NCBI GenBank assembly: GCA_026388535.1 | Contig: JAPLJP010000026.1 | Coordinates: 1,391-65,390, forward strand | From: Deltaproteobacteria bacterium | Lineage (GTDB): Bacteria > Desulfobacterota > Syntrophia > Syntrophales > Smithellaceae | Length of the DNA: 64,000 bases | Reading direction: 5' to 3' | The notes under the pieces: model-generated | Database searches by the model: none | What the model was told of the DNA's origin: nothing | Seen by the model: only the letters and a program-made list of their open reading frames with translations | Program-made: the position numbers and the translations under genes | Shown: positions 19,497 through 29,224 of the stretch, one piece after another | Layout of the letters: the number at the start of each line of letters is the position of its first letter | Numbering within the stretch: the stretch's first letter is position 1

Positions 19497-20872
19497 TAAT
19501 GTACCTTTCCCCGCGCCAGCGACGCGAAAATCCCTCCGCAGCAAATAACACTCAGAATGGCAAAAATAATTCTGGTGCTTTGTAAAAGGAGGGGATTGTT
19601 GGCTTCCGAAATCGGATGGCTTCCTAAAATAAGGGCAAAAACCAACATAGTGATGCCCATACTGAACATTTGTCCCAAAAGCCTCATTGTAGCTAAAGTC
19701 GCGGAAGCGACACCGTAAAATTTATTTTCCACCGCACTCATCGTGGCGTTAACATTGGGTGAAGAAAAAAGTGCAAAACCGACGCCGAGTATAATAAGGC
19801 AAAGCAATACGTAATTGATACTTGTATCATTATAGAGAAACATTAACAGGACAAGGCCGATTACATTCAGAGCCATGCCGATTGAGGCGATAATCTGCGG
19901 TTCAAAATGGTCGGAAAGTCTTCCGGCAAATGGTGAAAATAACGCCTGTATCGCAGGTGCGGCAACAAGAATTAATCCGGTTTGATAAGGCGTCAGCATT
20001 TTAATGTGCTGTAAATAAAGACTGAGTAAAAAGGTAACTACAAATGTGGCGCAATAATTAATCAGAGCCGCTAAATTAGAAAAAGCAAAAACCTTGTTAT
20101 TCAGAAACAAGCGTATGTCCAATAAAGGAAATGGATGTTTTAATTGCTGAAAAATAAAGAAAATCAGGCAAAGAACCCCCAGAACGATTAGAAGTCCCGC
20201 GTTCCATGTGGGTAGGAGGGAAAATCCATACATAATGGCAAAAAGAGCAAACGCATAAAGCAAAGAGCCGAAAATATCGAAACCTTCATCTTTGTTTTCC
20301 GGCCATTCTTCTTCAACCATACTCGTAGTAATGAAAATAATAGTTGCGCCCAGAAAAACCGTAAAAAGAAAAATGTATCTCCATCCTAAATACTGCGTGA
20401 GCAATCCGCCGATAAAAGGACCAATGGTTAAACCGACATACACGGCGGTTATATTGATTCCTAAAAATTTACCACGCTCAGCGGGAGGATAAGCCGAAAT
20501 CAACATCGCCGTGCCGGTGCTGAAAATCATTGCTCCGCCAATTCCCTGTATGGCGCGAGCAGCAATTAAGAAAGATTGTGTTGGAGACAATATGCAAAAC
20601 GAAGAAGCCACGGTAAAAATTGAGGCACCATAGAGAAAAACTATTCTGCGGCCGTAGATATCGGCCAGCCTTCCTAAAGGGATGAGGGTTATAGCGGCAG
20701 CCAAAATAAAGGAGGAAGCCACCCAACTCAGAGACAAAGCGTTCATGGATAATTCTTTGGCTATCGCGGGCAAGGCGACGTTGACGGCGGAACCCATAAA
20801 CGGCGTTAGAAAAGAGCTTAGGGTTGTTACAAGAAGAATAGATAATTGTTTTTTGCTGTGAGATGTCTTCAT
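19496..20872 (-). CDS. MFS transporter (DHA2/14-TM drug-efflux type)
   Basis: GRLADIYGRR motif A, ARAIQGIGGA, GPFIGG; many TM helices. Confidence 0.9.
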   Translation of the reverse strand: MKTSHSKKQLSILLVTTLSSFLTPFMGSAVNVALPAIAKELSMNALSLSWVASSFILAAAITLIPLGRLADIYGRRIVFLYGASIFTVASSFCILSPTQSFLIAARAIQGIGGAMIFSTGTAMLISAYPPAERGKFLGINITAVYVGLTIGPFIGGLLTQYLGWRYIFLFTVFLGATIIFITTSMVEEEWPENKDEGFDIFGSLLYAFALFAIMYGFSLLPTWNAGLLIVLGVLCLIFFIFQQLKHPFPLLDIRLFLNNKVFAFSNLAALINYCATFVVTFLLSLYLQHIKMLTPYQTGLILVAAPAIQALFSPFAGRLSDHFEPQIIASIGMALNVIGLVLLMFLYNDTSINYVLLCLIILGVGFALFSSPNVNATMSAVENKFYGVASATLATMRLLGQMFSMGITMLVFALILGSHPISEANNPLLLQSTRIIFAILSVICCGGIFASLARGKVH

Positions 20873-20902
20873 TTAGTAATTGTTATTAGCGCAAAGGGAT
20901 CA

Positions 20903-22375
20903 TCATTTACGGGAGAAATTATTTTTATAAAGTTCAGCAAAACCGTCCTTGCCGCAGGCCATCATTAGGGTTAAAGGCATGACTTTTTTAGCCTGTTTAA
21001 GCAACTTTTGCGTCAAGTCGCGAATATCCCATTGGGCGTGCGCATCGGCGCGCAAACGCGCCAGATGGTATAATTCTCGAGCGTTGAATTTCATCAAAAC
21101 CCGTTTGCGGTGCGCGTTGGCCAGAACGTATGGAGCAGCCAGGGGCGCTTTTTTCCTGATTTGCTCATAAGCGTTTTGCGTATTACGCATAACTTCCATA
21201 AAATTCTTCTGCTGACCGATGGCTTTAATGGATGGGGGCACTGTCACGCCCAATCGCGGATTATAATCCTGCGCGATAATTGTGGACATACGGTGTCTCT
21301 TTAACTGAGCGAAGCAACTGGAGCTCAATACAAGCTCAAATTGCAGATCAACATTTTCCAATTCCCTCAGCACTGCATCATGCGCCTGCAAATTTACAAA
21401 AGCCGTTTTGAACAGGACCATTTTATCTTTCGTAGTCATACTGTTTGCCTGGCTTAAGCATTGAGAATAACTTAAATCAGACGAAGAAAACAACAGTGCG
21501 GCGGCTACTTTGGTATCGGCGGCAGGAGAAACAAAAACCAATTGAACGGCAGGCAATTTTTTAGAACCATCTGTCTCAGAAGGATATTTTTGCAGGAAAG
21601 CGGACGCCTCGCAGCGCAAATATTGTCTGGTAAATTTGTCATAATCGGTGGCCTGGGTATAACGGATAAGAGAAGGCGCGATGGCTTTTGTCGCCGCGTA
21701 TAGTTTTTCACTGTATTCCTGTGCTTCAGCTAAAGGATGGGAGGCCAGCCGCCTAAGCATTAGCTCCAGGTTGCGGGCGTTAACGGTCATGCCTAGTTGT
21801 GTTTGGGTTGCCATTGATATTACATAACGGGCGTCTTCCTTAGCCCAGCCTTCCAGAAGCGATTTGTTTGCAGGGTCTTTCGCCAGAATTTTATTTTCAG
21901 CAAAAACGTACGGCCTTAATTTCTCGTAGAGCGCGTGATAATATTCGTTTTGCGTCTTGACGGCGGAGGTGAACACATCAGGCAGATTGGCCTCTTTGAT
22001 CTCTTCCGGAATGACAAAATCTTTATTAAAAAGAACATAGCGTTGTGATTTTTCAGTGAATGAACACAAGCGGAACTTTTCAATTTCTTCGACTAGCAGG
22101 CGGGATACGCCGATAACGTCAATATTGAATACGGCATGTTCGGCAACGGAGCTGTGCCCCATTTCAAAGACGATGTTGCGGTTGGAAAGGCGTGCCTTGT
22201 CCACCTCCTCGCGGGATATTTCGCGTAATTCATTTACTTGCTTCGGGCTGCGGCTGATACGTGCGTAGGCGGCCGAGATTGTTTCGGGCGTTAAATCTTG
22301 TTGCAGCCCGCTTTTATCTTTAAGCTCGCGAATGAGGTCGTAATCCAAATTGTAACCGGCAAGAAGAATTTTCAT
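20903..22375 (-). CDS. thyX: FAD-dependent thymidylate synthase, tandem two-domain form
   Basis: GHSSVAEH, SFTEKSQRY, KEDARY, NARNL in N-half; KRHRMST, NARELYH, HAQWDIR in C-half. Confidence 0.88.
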   Translation of the reverse strand: MKILLAGYNLDYDLIRELKDKSGLQQDLTPETISAAYARISRSPKQVNELREISREEVDKARLSNRNIVFEMGHSSVAEHAVFNIDVIGVSRLLVEEIEKFRLCSFTEKSQRYVLFNKDFVIPEEIKEANLPDVFTSAVKTQNEYYHALYEKLRPYVFAENKILAKDPANKSLLEGWAKEDARYVISMATQTQLGMTVNARNLELMLRRLASHPLAEAQEYSEKLYAATKAIAPSLIRYTQATDYDKFTRQYLRCEASAFLQKYPSETDGSKKLPAVQLVFVSPAADTKVAAALLFSSSDLSYSQCLSQANSMTTKDKMVLFKTAFVNLQAHDAVLRELENVDLQFELVLSSSCFAQLKRHRMSTIIAQDYNPRLGVTVPPSIKAIGQQKNFMEVMRNTQNAYEQIRKKAPLAAPYVLANAHRKRVLMKFNARELYHLARLRADAHAQWDIRDLTQKLLKQAKKVMPLTLMMACGKDGFAELYKNNFSRK

Positions 22376-22395
22376 AGTGTCTTATTGAGGTTGTT

Positions 22396-23244
22396 TTAAA
22401 GGCTTACCAATTCAACACGGCCCAGTGTGCGTCCCAGGAAGCGTTCGCCGATTGTTTGAAAGCGATAGGGTAAATCGCTTACATAAAAAGTATAATCCGG
22501 CGGCAAGTTGTTTTGATTGCCCATGTTTTGTTTATCAATTAAATTGGCGGCGATATCAGCCATTGCTTCCGCTGAATCAATAAGATTTACTTCTGTCCCC
22601 AGAATATCCTGCAGTAATGGTTTTAAAAGTGGATAATGGGTACAGCCTAAAACCAGCGTGTCAACTTGTTCGGCAATAACCGGTTTTAAATATTCCTGAG
22701 CGATTAGCCTTGTTGCTGGATGATCAAACCATCCTTCTTCCACCAGAGGTACGAAAAGGGGGCAGGCCTGAGAAAAAACCTTTGCTTCTTTATCCAAAAG
22801 GTGGATAGCACGGGCGTAAGCGTTGCTGTTGATGGTTGCTGGAGTGCCGATTACTCCGATTGATTTGTTACGGGTGCTTTGTATGGCCATGCGGGCGCTG
22901 GCGTCAATAACTTCCAGCACAGGTACAGGGTCAACAAAAATTTTTCGAGGAGAGACTGCCACCGGCACATTTGCGAAATCAACTATTGTTTGATGGGCGA
23001 CCGCCGCCATAGTGTTGCAGGCAACAATTAAAAGCTTTACGTCTTTCTTAATAAGAAATTCAGTAATTTGCGCCGCGTAGCGATTGATGGTTTCCACCGA
23101 TTTAATACCGTAAGGCACACGAGCGGTATCCCCGAAATAAATGATGTTTTCAAAAGGTAGACGTTCCATCAGGGAACGGACGACCGTCAGGCCGCCAATA
23201 CCGGAATCAAACACGCCTATGGCACGATTTGTTTTTGAATTCAC
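22396..23244 (-). CDS. murI: Glutamate racemase
   Basis: FDSGIGGLTV, DTARVPYG, ACNT, LGCTHYP. Confidence 0.95.
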   Translation of the reverse strand: MNSKTNRAIGVFDSGIGGLTVVRSLMERLPFENIIYFGDTARVPYGIKSVETINRYAAQITEFLIKKDVKLLIVACNTMAAVAHQTIVDFANVPVAVSPRKIFVDPVPVLEVIDASARMAIQSTRNKSIGVIGTPATINSNAYARAIHLLDKEAKVFSQACPLFVPLVEEGWFDHPATRLIAQEYLKPVIAEQVDTLVLGCTHYPLLKPLLQDILGTEVNLIDSAEAMADIAANLIDKQNMGNQNNLPPDYTFYVSDLPYRFQTIGERFLGRTLGRVELVSL

Positions 23245-23549
23245 GAGTTATATTCTTCTTCAAATTAAAAATGTCTATTTATACAAGGTTACTACCGGAA
23301 AAATGTTTATCATAACTAATTAGAATATAGCAAGATTTCTTGTAAATATTTTTATAACAACGAGGGAAATGCACCAAGATAATGCAATTTTACTTGGAAG
23401 ATGCCGCCTGTTCGATGTCACTTCCCGGTAGGGTAAAAATTTATTTTTATAGAACGCTCTTTGAATGAATCAAACAAAGATTTTACCCTCACGCACCTGC
23501 TAAATTCTGCAATCATTATTTTTCAACAATCAAAGGCATACCCCTTTGC

Positions 23550-24080
23550 TCATATATTTGCCTTAAGGGAGTGCTTTTTGTGATGGTCTTTTTTGAGAAG
23601 CTTATTGGTAGGGTCGCCTTCAGCGATCATCTGCTTTAAAACCTGTTTTTCAGAAGGAGCAGGCAAATAGCCGTGCAGCGATGCCTCCAGAACCACAATG
23701 CCGTGTTGGTTTGTGTACACTGCCTTGGCAGTTGCTTTTTGTTTTTCATCGAGCTCGGTGATAGTGCATGTACAGGTGATAGTGTCGCCGAAATAAACCG
23801 GCTTTTTGAAGCGGAAACTCATGCCTGAGGCAAACCAGGCAATCTGGCCCCCGATCTCCGTGATCATGCCTGCAACCAGAAGACCGTGACAGATACGTGC
23901 GTTCAGGTTCTTTACTTGTGCAAAACGGTCATCATAGTGTACTGGATTATAGTCTTTGGTGATATTGCCGAGTACCATGGTGTCCTGCTCAGTAAAAGTG
24001 CGCGTAGTCGTGAGCACATCACCCCTTTCGAGTCCTTTGGTTGCCTTTTTTCTCAATTCTGACACAATCGCCTCAATCAC
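23550..24080 (-). CDS. MaoC/PhaJ-like (R)-enoyl-CoA hydratase
   Basis: DYNPVHYD, ICHGLL, FKKPVYFGDTIT. Confidence 0.85.
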   Translation of the reverse strand: MIEAIVSELRKKATKGLERGDVLTTTRTFTEQDTMVLGNITKDYNPVHYDDRFAQVKNLNARICHGLLVAGMITEIGGQIAWFASGMSFRFKKPVYFGDTITCTCTITELDEKQKATAKAVYTNQHGIVVLEASLHGYLPAPSEKQVLKQMIAEGDPTNKLLKKDHHKKHSLKANI

Positions 24081-24115
24081 ATATGATTCTGACCTGTCGC
24101 GAATAAAACGGGATA

Positions 24116-24178
24116 TAATACCACGCAGCTTGCTGCGAAATGTTTCCCAGGCTTGCTTTGGGGTTTATACCCGTGATT
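24116..24178 (-). repeat. Dispersed palindromic element family P
   Basis: Reverse complement of AATCACGGGTATAAACCCCAAAGCAAG..GGAAAC..CGCAGCAAGCTGCG..GTATTA; other copies at 28773, 29165, 45964. Confidence 0.8.
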
Positions 24179-24223
24179 GCCGCATATTAATAATCTATAT
24201 GTGAGTTCATGAATCCCTTATAT

Positions 24224-25036
24224 TTACAGATATATTTTGTTTTTTTGTCCTTTCATGCTCTCCCCGGTAATTTTTTCCATTTCTGCCCTGAACGACCAGC
24301 TATTAGAAATATAATCTATCTTCAAAACATTTTCAGGACAATTAGCTACACAGTCTAAACAGGCGATACATTTTTCTCTGTCTACTTCACCGGATTCAGC
24401 ATTCATCGCTCCAGAGGGACATGATTCCTCGCAAACTAAACACATGCCGCAGCTTTCTCCACCTCTGGTCGGGAGTTGTGTGAGCATGTTAAATCCGCTT
24501 GATTCCATAGAATCAAGCTGTTCTTCAGTATAATTGGTCTTTGCCAAGATGGTGTTGTCCTCACCGATAAATCGCTTGTATGTTATCTGGGCATATTCTG
24601 TCGCCACTTTAAAATCTGATTCATCAGGTCGACCTTCCATCGCCTTCCAGCCGCCAAGGTTGAAGGTATGAAACCCCAAGAACTCCGAGGAAGAAACAAC
24701 GATAAAGTTTTGATTTTCTAATAGCTGTTTTGTGGAATAATGAGTTGGGTGAACGGCAAATCCACCATATGTGAAAAAGGTTGAACATTTTTTACCTTGG
24801 CCATTCAGAGTTCTTATCCATTCCCTCACTGCTCTTGGGGCTCGCCAGGAATTAATAGGTGTACCAAACACTACCGCGTGATAAGGCTTTAAATCAAAGA
24901 TCCTTTGTCTATCTGCAAAGGAGGTAATATCAGACATGGTGACTTGACATCCAGTCTTTGTGAATGCATCTCCAATTACCTTTGCGATTTTTTTGGTGAT
25001 TCCTGTGGAAGAAAAATACAATATAAGCAACTTCAT
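24224..25036 (-). CDS. Flavodoxin-4Fe-4S ferredoxin fusion (EFR1-like)
   Basis: YFSSTGITKKIA flavodoxin start; CGMCLVCEESCP and CIACLDCVANCP. Confidence 0.85.
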   Translation of the reverse strand: MKLLILYFSSTGITKKIAKVIGDAFTKTGCQVTMSDITSFADRQRIFDLKPYHAVVFGTPINSWRAPRAVREWIRTLNGQGKKCSTFFTYGGFAVHPTHYSTKQLLENQNFIVVSSSEFLGFHTFNLGGWKAMEGRPDESDFKVATEYAQITYKRFIGEDNTILAKTNYTEEQLDSMESSGFNMLTQLPTRGGESCGMCLVCEESCPSGAMNAESGEVDREKCIACLDCVANCPENVLKIDYISNSWSFRAEMEKITGESMKGQKNKIYL

Positions 25037-25132
25037 GGAATTAAATTACCAATCTCTCAATGTTTTGATACTTATGTTCATCCTTTGTCACATAAAAATT
25101 AGTATAGGAGCTTCGTTTTTTTCGACTTGTGA

Positions 25133-26413
25133 TTACACCTTAAAGTTGGTTAAGCCGTTAAAATCTAAAGTAGCGAAGTAATCTTTCACTGTTTCGGCGC
25201 GGCGGATTTGCACGACTTCGCCATTTTCTCTTAACAGCAGTTCCGCCGAGCGAAGCTTGCCGTTATAATTGAAACCCATAGCGAAGCCATGAGCGCCGGC
25301 ATCGTGGATTACAATGATATCGCCTTGGTCGAGTTTTGGCAGTTTGCGGTCAATGGCGAATTTGTCGTTGTTTTCGCAAAGTGAGCCGGTTACATCATAA
25401 ACAAAATTATGAGGTTTATTTTCCTTGCCCATAACCGTGATGTGATGATACGCGCCGTAAAGAGCGGGACGCATCAGGTTGGCCATGCAAGAATCCAGGC
25501 CGGCAAATTTTTTATAAGTGTCTTTAATATGCAGGACTCGGGAAACCAGATAACCGTATGGACCGGTGATATAGCGGCCGCATTCCGTAAAAAGTTTAAT
25601 GGGGGCAAGGCCGTTAGCGACAATTATTTGTTCATATTTTTTCCTGATGCCGCCGCTCATTGTTTTTAAGTCTATTCGTTTTTCTTCCGGCCGGTAAGGA
25701 ATACCCACACCGCCGCCGATATTGACAAATTCAAATTTGATTTTCAGCTTTTGTGAAATTTCCGCTATAAGTTTAAACAGTATTTCAGCCGTTTCTTCAA
25801 AATAATGGGCATCGAGTTCATTGGAAGCAACCATGGTATGAATGCCGAATCGTTTGACACCTTTTTCTTTACAAATTTTATAACCTTCAAAAAGCTGTTC
25901 CCTAGTGAAGCCGTATTTCGCCTCCTCGGGATGGCCGATAATAAAATTCCCTTTTTTCAAATGGCCGGGATTGTAGCGGAAACAAATCAGAGAAGGTAAT
26001 CCGGCGTATTTTTCGAGATAGGCAATATGGCTGATATCATCCAGATTGATAATAGCTTTTAATTTCTTTGCCAGCAGAAAGTCTTCCACGGGCGTGTCAT
26101 TGGAAGAAAACATGATTTCTTTGCCGGTGATTCCCGTTTTTTGCGCCATGATAAGTTCCGCCAGTGAACTGCAATCAGAGCCGAAGCCTTCCTTATGCAG
26201 TATTTTCATCAAGTAGGGATTAGGCGCGGCTTTGACTGCGAAAAATTCTTTAAATCCCTCATTCCAGTTAAAAGCGTTCTTAAAGGCGCGCGCGTTTTCC
26301 CGCATGGCTTTTTCGTGGTAAAGATGAAAAGGCGTCGGATATTTTTTTATGATTTTTTCAATTTGATTTTTTGTAAAAGGCAATGGTTTTTCCGGCATAA
26401 AGCTCTCCTGCAT
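25133..26413 (-). CDS. lysA: Diaminopimelate decarboxylase
   Basis: FFAVKA (PLP Lys), EAKYG, NIGGG, ECGR, RPALYG, GSLCENND, GAHGFAMGFNYN. Confidence 0.92.
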   Translation of the reverse strand: MQESFMPEKPLPFTKNQIEKIIKKYPTPFHLYHEKAMRENARAFKNAFNWNEGFKEFFAVKAAPNPYLMKILHKEGFGSDCSSLAELIMAQKTGITGKEIMFSSNDTPVEDFLLAKKLKAIINLDDISHIAYLEKYAGLPSLICFRYNPGHLKKGNFIIGHPEEAKYGFTREQLFEGYKICKEKGVKRFGIHTMVASNELDAHYFEETAEILFKLIAEISQKLKIKFEFVNIGGGVGIPYRPEEKRIDLKTMSGGIRKKYEQIIVANGLAPIKLFTECGRYITGPYGYLVSRVLHIKDTYKKFAGLDSCMANLMRPALYGAYHHITVMGKENKPHNFVYDVTGSLCENNDKFAIDRKLPKLDQGDIIVIHDAGAHGFAMGFNYNGKLRSAELLLRENGEVVQIRRAETVKDYFATLDFNGLTNFKV

Positions 26414-26540
26414 GAGACTATTTCATCGCACATAAAATATCGTGCTTAGATTGTATGGCTTGATAGATGAATTTACGGTAAAAAATAAAAATTATCAATA
26501 TTATTTTCTGCTAGGAGAGCTGGTAGGTGAATACAGAAGA

Positions 26541-27542
26541 TTAAAAGAAATATTGTTTTAAAGAAAGATAAGTGATTGCGGAGATAATGGCGGAAATGGG
26601 AATGGTTAAAATCCATGCCCAGATAATGTTTCCGGCAACACCCCAGCGCACGGCGGAAAGTCTTTTGGTGGCGCCGACACCGACGATAGCGCCGGTTATT
26701 GTGTGGGTCGTGCTTACGGGTATTCCAAAAACGGATGCGCCAATAATGGCACAAGCGGCCCCGGCTTCGGCGCTAAAGCCGCCAATTGGACGCAGCTTCG
26801 TAATTTTAGTGCCCATAGTTTTAACGATGCGCCATCCGCCGAACATTGTTCCCAAGGCGATGGTAGTGTAGCACATGATAATAATCCAATAGGGAATGTT
26901 GAAGTTGGAATTAATCAATCCCTTGCTGTAAAGGACTATCGCGATTATTCCGATTGTTTTCTGCGCGTCATTCATACCGTGGCCTAGTGAATAGATCGCC
27001 GAAGAAATAAACTGTAATTTTCGATAAAGTTTATCGGAACGGGCCATGTTGGAATTGCGGTTTAGATTCATGGAGAGTACCATAAAAAAAAATCCTAAAA
27101 ACATACCTATGGCCGGTGAAAGAACAATGAAGGCTGTAGTCTTTATTATACCTGACCAAACAAGCGTGCTGGTGCCCGCTTTGGCAATACCGGCTCCGAT
27201 AAGACCGCCAATTAAGGCATGAGAAGAACTGCTGGGAAGTCCGTAATACCACGTTGTAATATTCCAGATGATGGCGCCGCTGAGGGCGGAAAGAATGACT
27301 AAATTATCAACAATATTAAGATGGATAATGCCCCTGCCGATAGTATGAGCGACCTGTGTTCCAATAAAAAATGCTGCTAAAAAGTTAAAAAAAGCCGCCC
27401 AGACCACCGCTTGTTTTGGGGAAAGAACTCTTGTGGAAACAATAGTGGAAATAGAATTAGAAGAATCGTGAAAGCCATTCAGGAAATCAAAAACAAGCGC
27501 GACGAGAACAAGAAATATGACAAAAGCCATTGAATCAAGCAT
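26541..27542 (-). CDS. pit: PiT-family inorganic phosphate transporter
   Basis: NGFHDSSNSI, PSSSSHALIG, HGMNDAQK, PVSTTH. Confidence 0.92.
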   Translation of the reverse strand: MLDSMAFVIFLVLVALVFDFLNGFHDSSNSISTIVSTRVLSPKQAVVWAAFFNFLAAFFIGTQVAHTIGRGIIHLNIVDNLVILSALSGAIIWNITTWYYGLPSSSSHALIGGLIGAGIAKAGTSTLVWSGIIKTTAFIVLSPAIGMFLGFFFMVLSMNLNRNSNMARSDKLYRKLQFISSAIYSLGHGMNDAQKTIGIIAIVLYSKGLINSNFNIPYWIIIMCYTTIALGTMFGGWRIVKTMGTKITKLRPIGGFSAEAGAACAIIGASVFGIPVSTTHTITGAIVGVGATKRLSAVRWGVAGNIIWAWILTIPISAIISAITYLSLKQYFF

Positions 27543-28155
27543 GTTTCAGGACAATCCCTTCCACGATGTTGGATACATCTTCACAAACGTCAATTGCTTC
27601 TTCAAGGAGTTGAAAAATATCTTTCCATTTCACAAGCTCAATGGCGTCTTTTTCGTTTTCGAAAAGATCGGCCATGATAGTTCTTAGAACAATATCACCG
27701 GCATTTTCCAGCGTGTTGATTTCCACGCATCCGGCGAGAATCATTTCGGAGTTTTTCATGTTGCGCATTGCCTGAACAATGCTTTTTACTTTCTTTATAG
27801 AATCGTTAAGTATTTGAGCCTGTTTTATTATTTCATCAGATGTTTTTTTGACTTTATAAAGATGAATACGGACAGCAGTTGCTTCAATGACATCCATGAT
27901 GCTGTCCATTTTGTTAACAAGCGCGTAGATATCTTCACGATCTATCGGCGTAAGGAAAGTCTTATGCATTTTTTCATATGTTTTATGGGTAATACCATCC
28001 GCTTCGTGTTCAATTTCTTTGAGCTTGGCAACCCTCACATCGGAATAATCACGAGTTTGTGCCATTTCCAGAAAAAGATTACCGCCCTCTTCAATTTTGT
28101 CAGCAAGCTCTTCAAAAAGTTCAAAAAAATTTTCTGTTTTAGGAAAAAGGCGCAT
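27535..28155 (-). CDS. DUF47/PhoU-like Pit accessory protein
   Basis: EHEAD, FLTPIDREDI, ENAGD, DVCEDV; overlaps pit start. Confidence 0.9.
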   Translation of the reverse strand: MRLFPKTENFFELFEELADKIEEGGNLFLEMAQTRDYSDVRVAKLKEIEHEADGITHKTYEKMHKTFLTPIDREDIYALVNKMDSIMDVIEATAVRIHLYKVKKTSDEIIKQAQILNDSIKKVKSIVQAMRNMKNSEMILAGCVEINTLENAGDIVLRTIMADLFENEKDAIELVKWKDIFQLLEEAIDVCEDVSNIVEGIVLKHA

Positions 28156-28281
28156 GAAAAATACCTCCCTTTATTTTTCCCAGGGGTTTATAAATTCAGG
28201 CAGTCCTCTAGCGAATTTTGAGAAAAAATGCAAGCTGTTTTAAAGCATGATATTTCCGCTTTGAGGATTTACTGTGTGTTA

Positions 28282-28764
28282 TTAAAGGGTTTTAGCGTAA
28301 ATAATTTTACCATCGCCTTCGTGATAAAAATTCTTTAAAAAGGCTTCCTTTTGATAGCCGCAGCTTTCATAAAAACCATGGGTTGGTTGATATTGGTGCC
28401 GGGAAGATGTTTCGACGTATACCTGCCTGCCGCCGCTGGAGCGAATGATCTTTTCTGTTTCGGCCATAAGTAGTTTTCCCAGACCTTTGCTGCGCATTTC
28501 TTTTAATACGGCTATCCAGTAGATGTCATAGCTGGAGTGAGTTGCGGGAATGAGACCATAGCAAGTGTATCCGACAACACGTTTGTTGTCTTCGGCAAAT
28601 ACAAACTGGTAAGAGCAGTCATGGGGCTGTGTCAGCTTTTCTTCCGCTAGCTCCAGAGCGATTTCTATTTCCTCGGCGGAGAAAAAGCCGCTGGATTTTA
28701 CAATATCGGCAATGGCTCCGATATCTGAATGCTGTATATGCTGACGATAGATAAAATCATTCAT
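28282..28764 (-). CDS. GNAT acetyltransferase (last gene of the kamA/ATP-grasp operon)
   Basis: GYTCYG, YDIYWIAV, RSKGLGK acetyl-CoA motif, ETSS..FYESCGY; the extension to 28860 is translated repeat sequence. Confidence 0.88.
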   Translation of the reverse strand: MNDFIYRQHIQHSDIGAIADIVKSSGFFSAEEIEIALELAEEKLTQPHDCSYQFVFAEDNKRVVGYTCYGLIPATHSSYDIYWIAVLKEMRSKGLGKLLMAETEKIIRSSGGRQVYVETSSRHQYQPTHGFYESCGYQKEAFLKNFYHEGDGKIIYAKTL

Positions 28765-28772
28765 AAAATAAT

Positions 28773-29224
28773 AACCACGGGTATGAACCCCAAAGCAAGT
28801 TTTGGAAACGTTTCGCTGCAAGCTGCTGGGTATTATACCCTCCGCTTTGCGGGATATCACGTCGAGCTTCAGTCGCTGAATAATATCACAAACAGCAAAG
28901 GTTTGCTGTTAAAGTTTTTCAGGTGGCCGTACCAGGCGAAAGTCATAAACAGGTTGGAAAAGAAAAGGAATACAATGGTTCTTAACACAGAATTTAAATC
29001 TCCTTCAAAATTAATGAGACCCAAGCTTCAGAAACGGAGTGTACAACCTGAAGGTCATCTACGACTGAAGTTTGCAGGTCGAATTAATGAAACTCAAATA
29101 TTACAAACGCAGTGCAGTAATATTTGTAAGTTGAATTATCCCTGTGTGCAAAGCACATAGGGATATCCCGCATAGCGGAGGGTATCATAACCAAAAGCTT
29201 GCTTTGGGATTCATCCCCGTGATT
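28773..29224. mobile_element. Composite ~450-bp insert: inverted family P copies enclosing a truncated gene and two tandem family H copies (29012-29164)
   Basis: P (+) 28773-28855 and P (-) 29165-29224, both ending in ACCCTCCGCT(T/A)TGCGGGAT; H copies begin TAATGA at 29012 and 29085. Confidence 0.7.
28869..28988 (-). pseudogene. 5' fragment (39 codons) of a DMT/DUF486-family membrane protein
   Basis: GAAGGAG RBS, GTG start, SNLFMTFAWYGHLK..PLLFVILFS then stop; too short for the ORF track. Confidence 0.8.

Noticed and set aside
26414-26540. Lysine riboswitch upstream of lysA
   Set aside because: Spacer is too short and AT-rich, with no recognisable aptamer
28729-29160. 143-aa plus-strand ORF, and similar ORFs at 23956, 45866 and 2816
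   Set aside because: Translations of repeat families P/H; the same peptide (ACFGVYTRD-like) recurs at several loci
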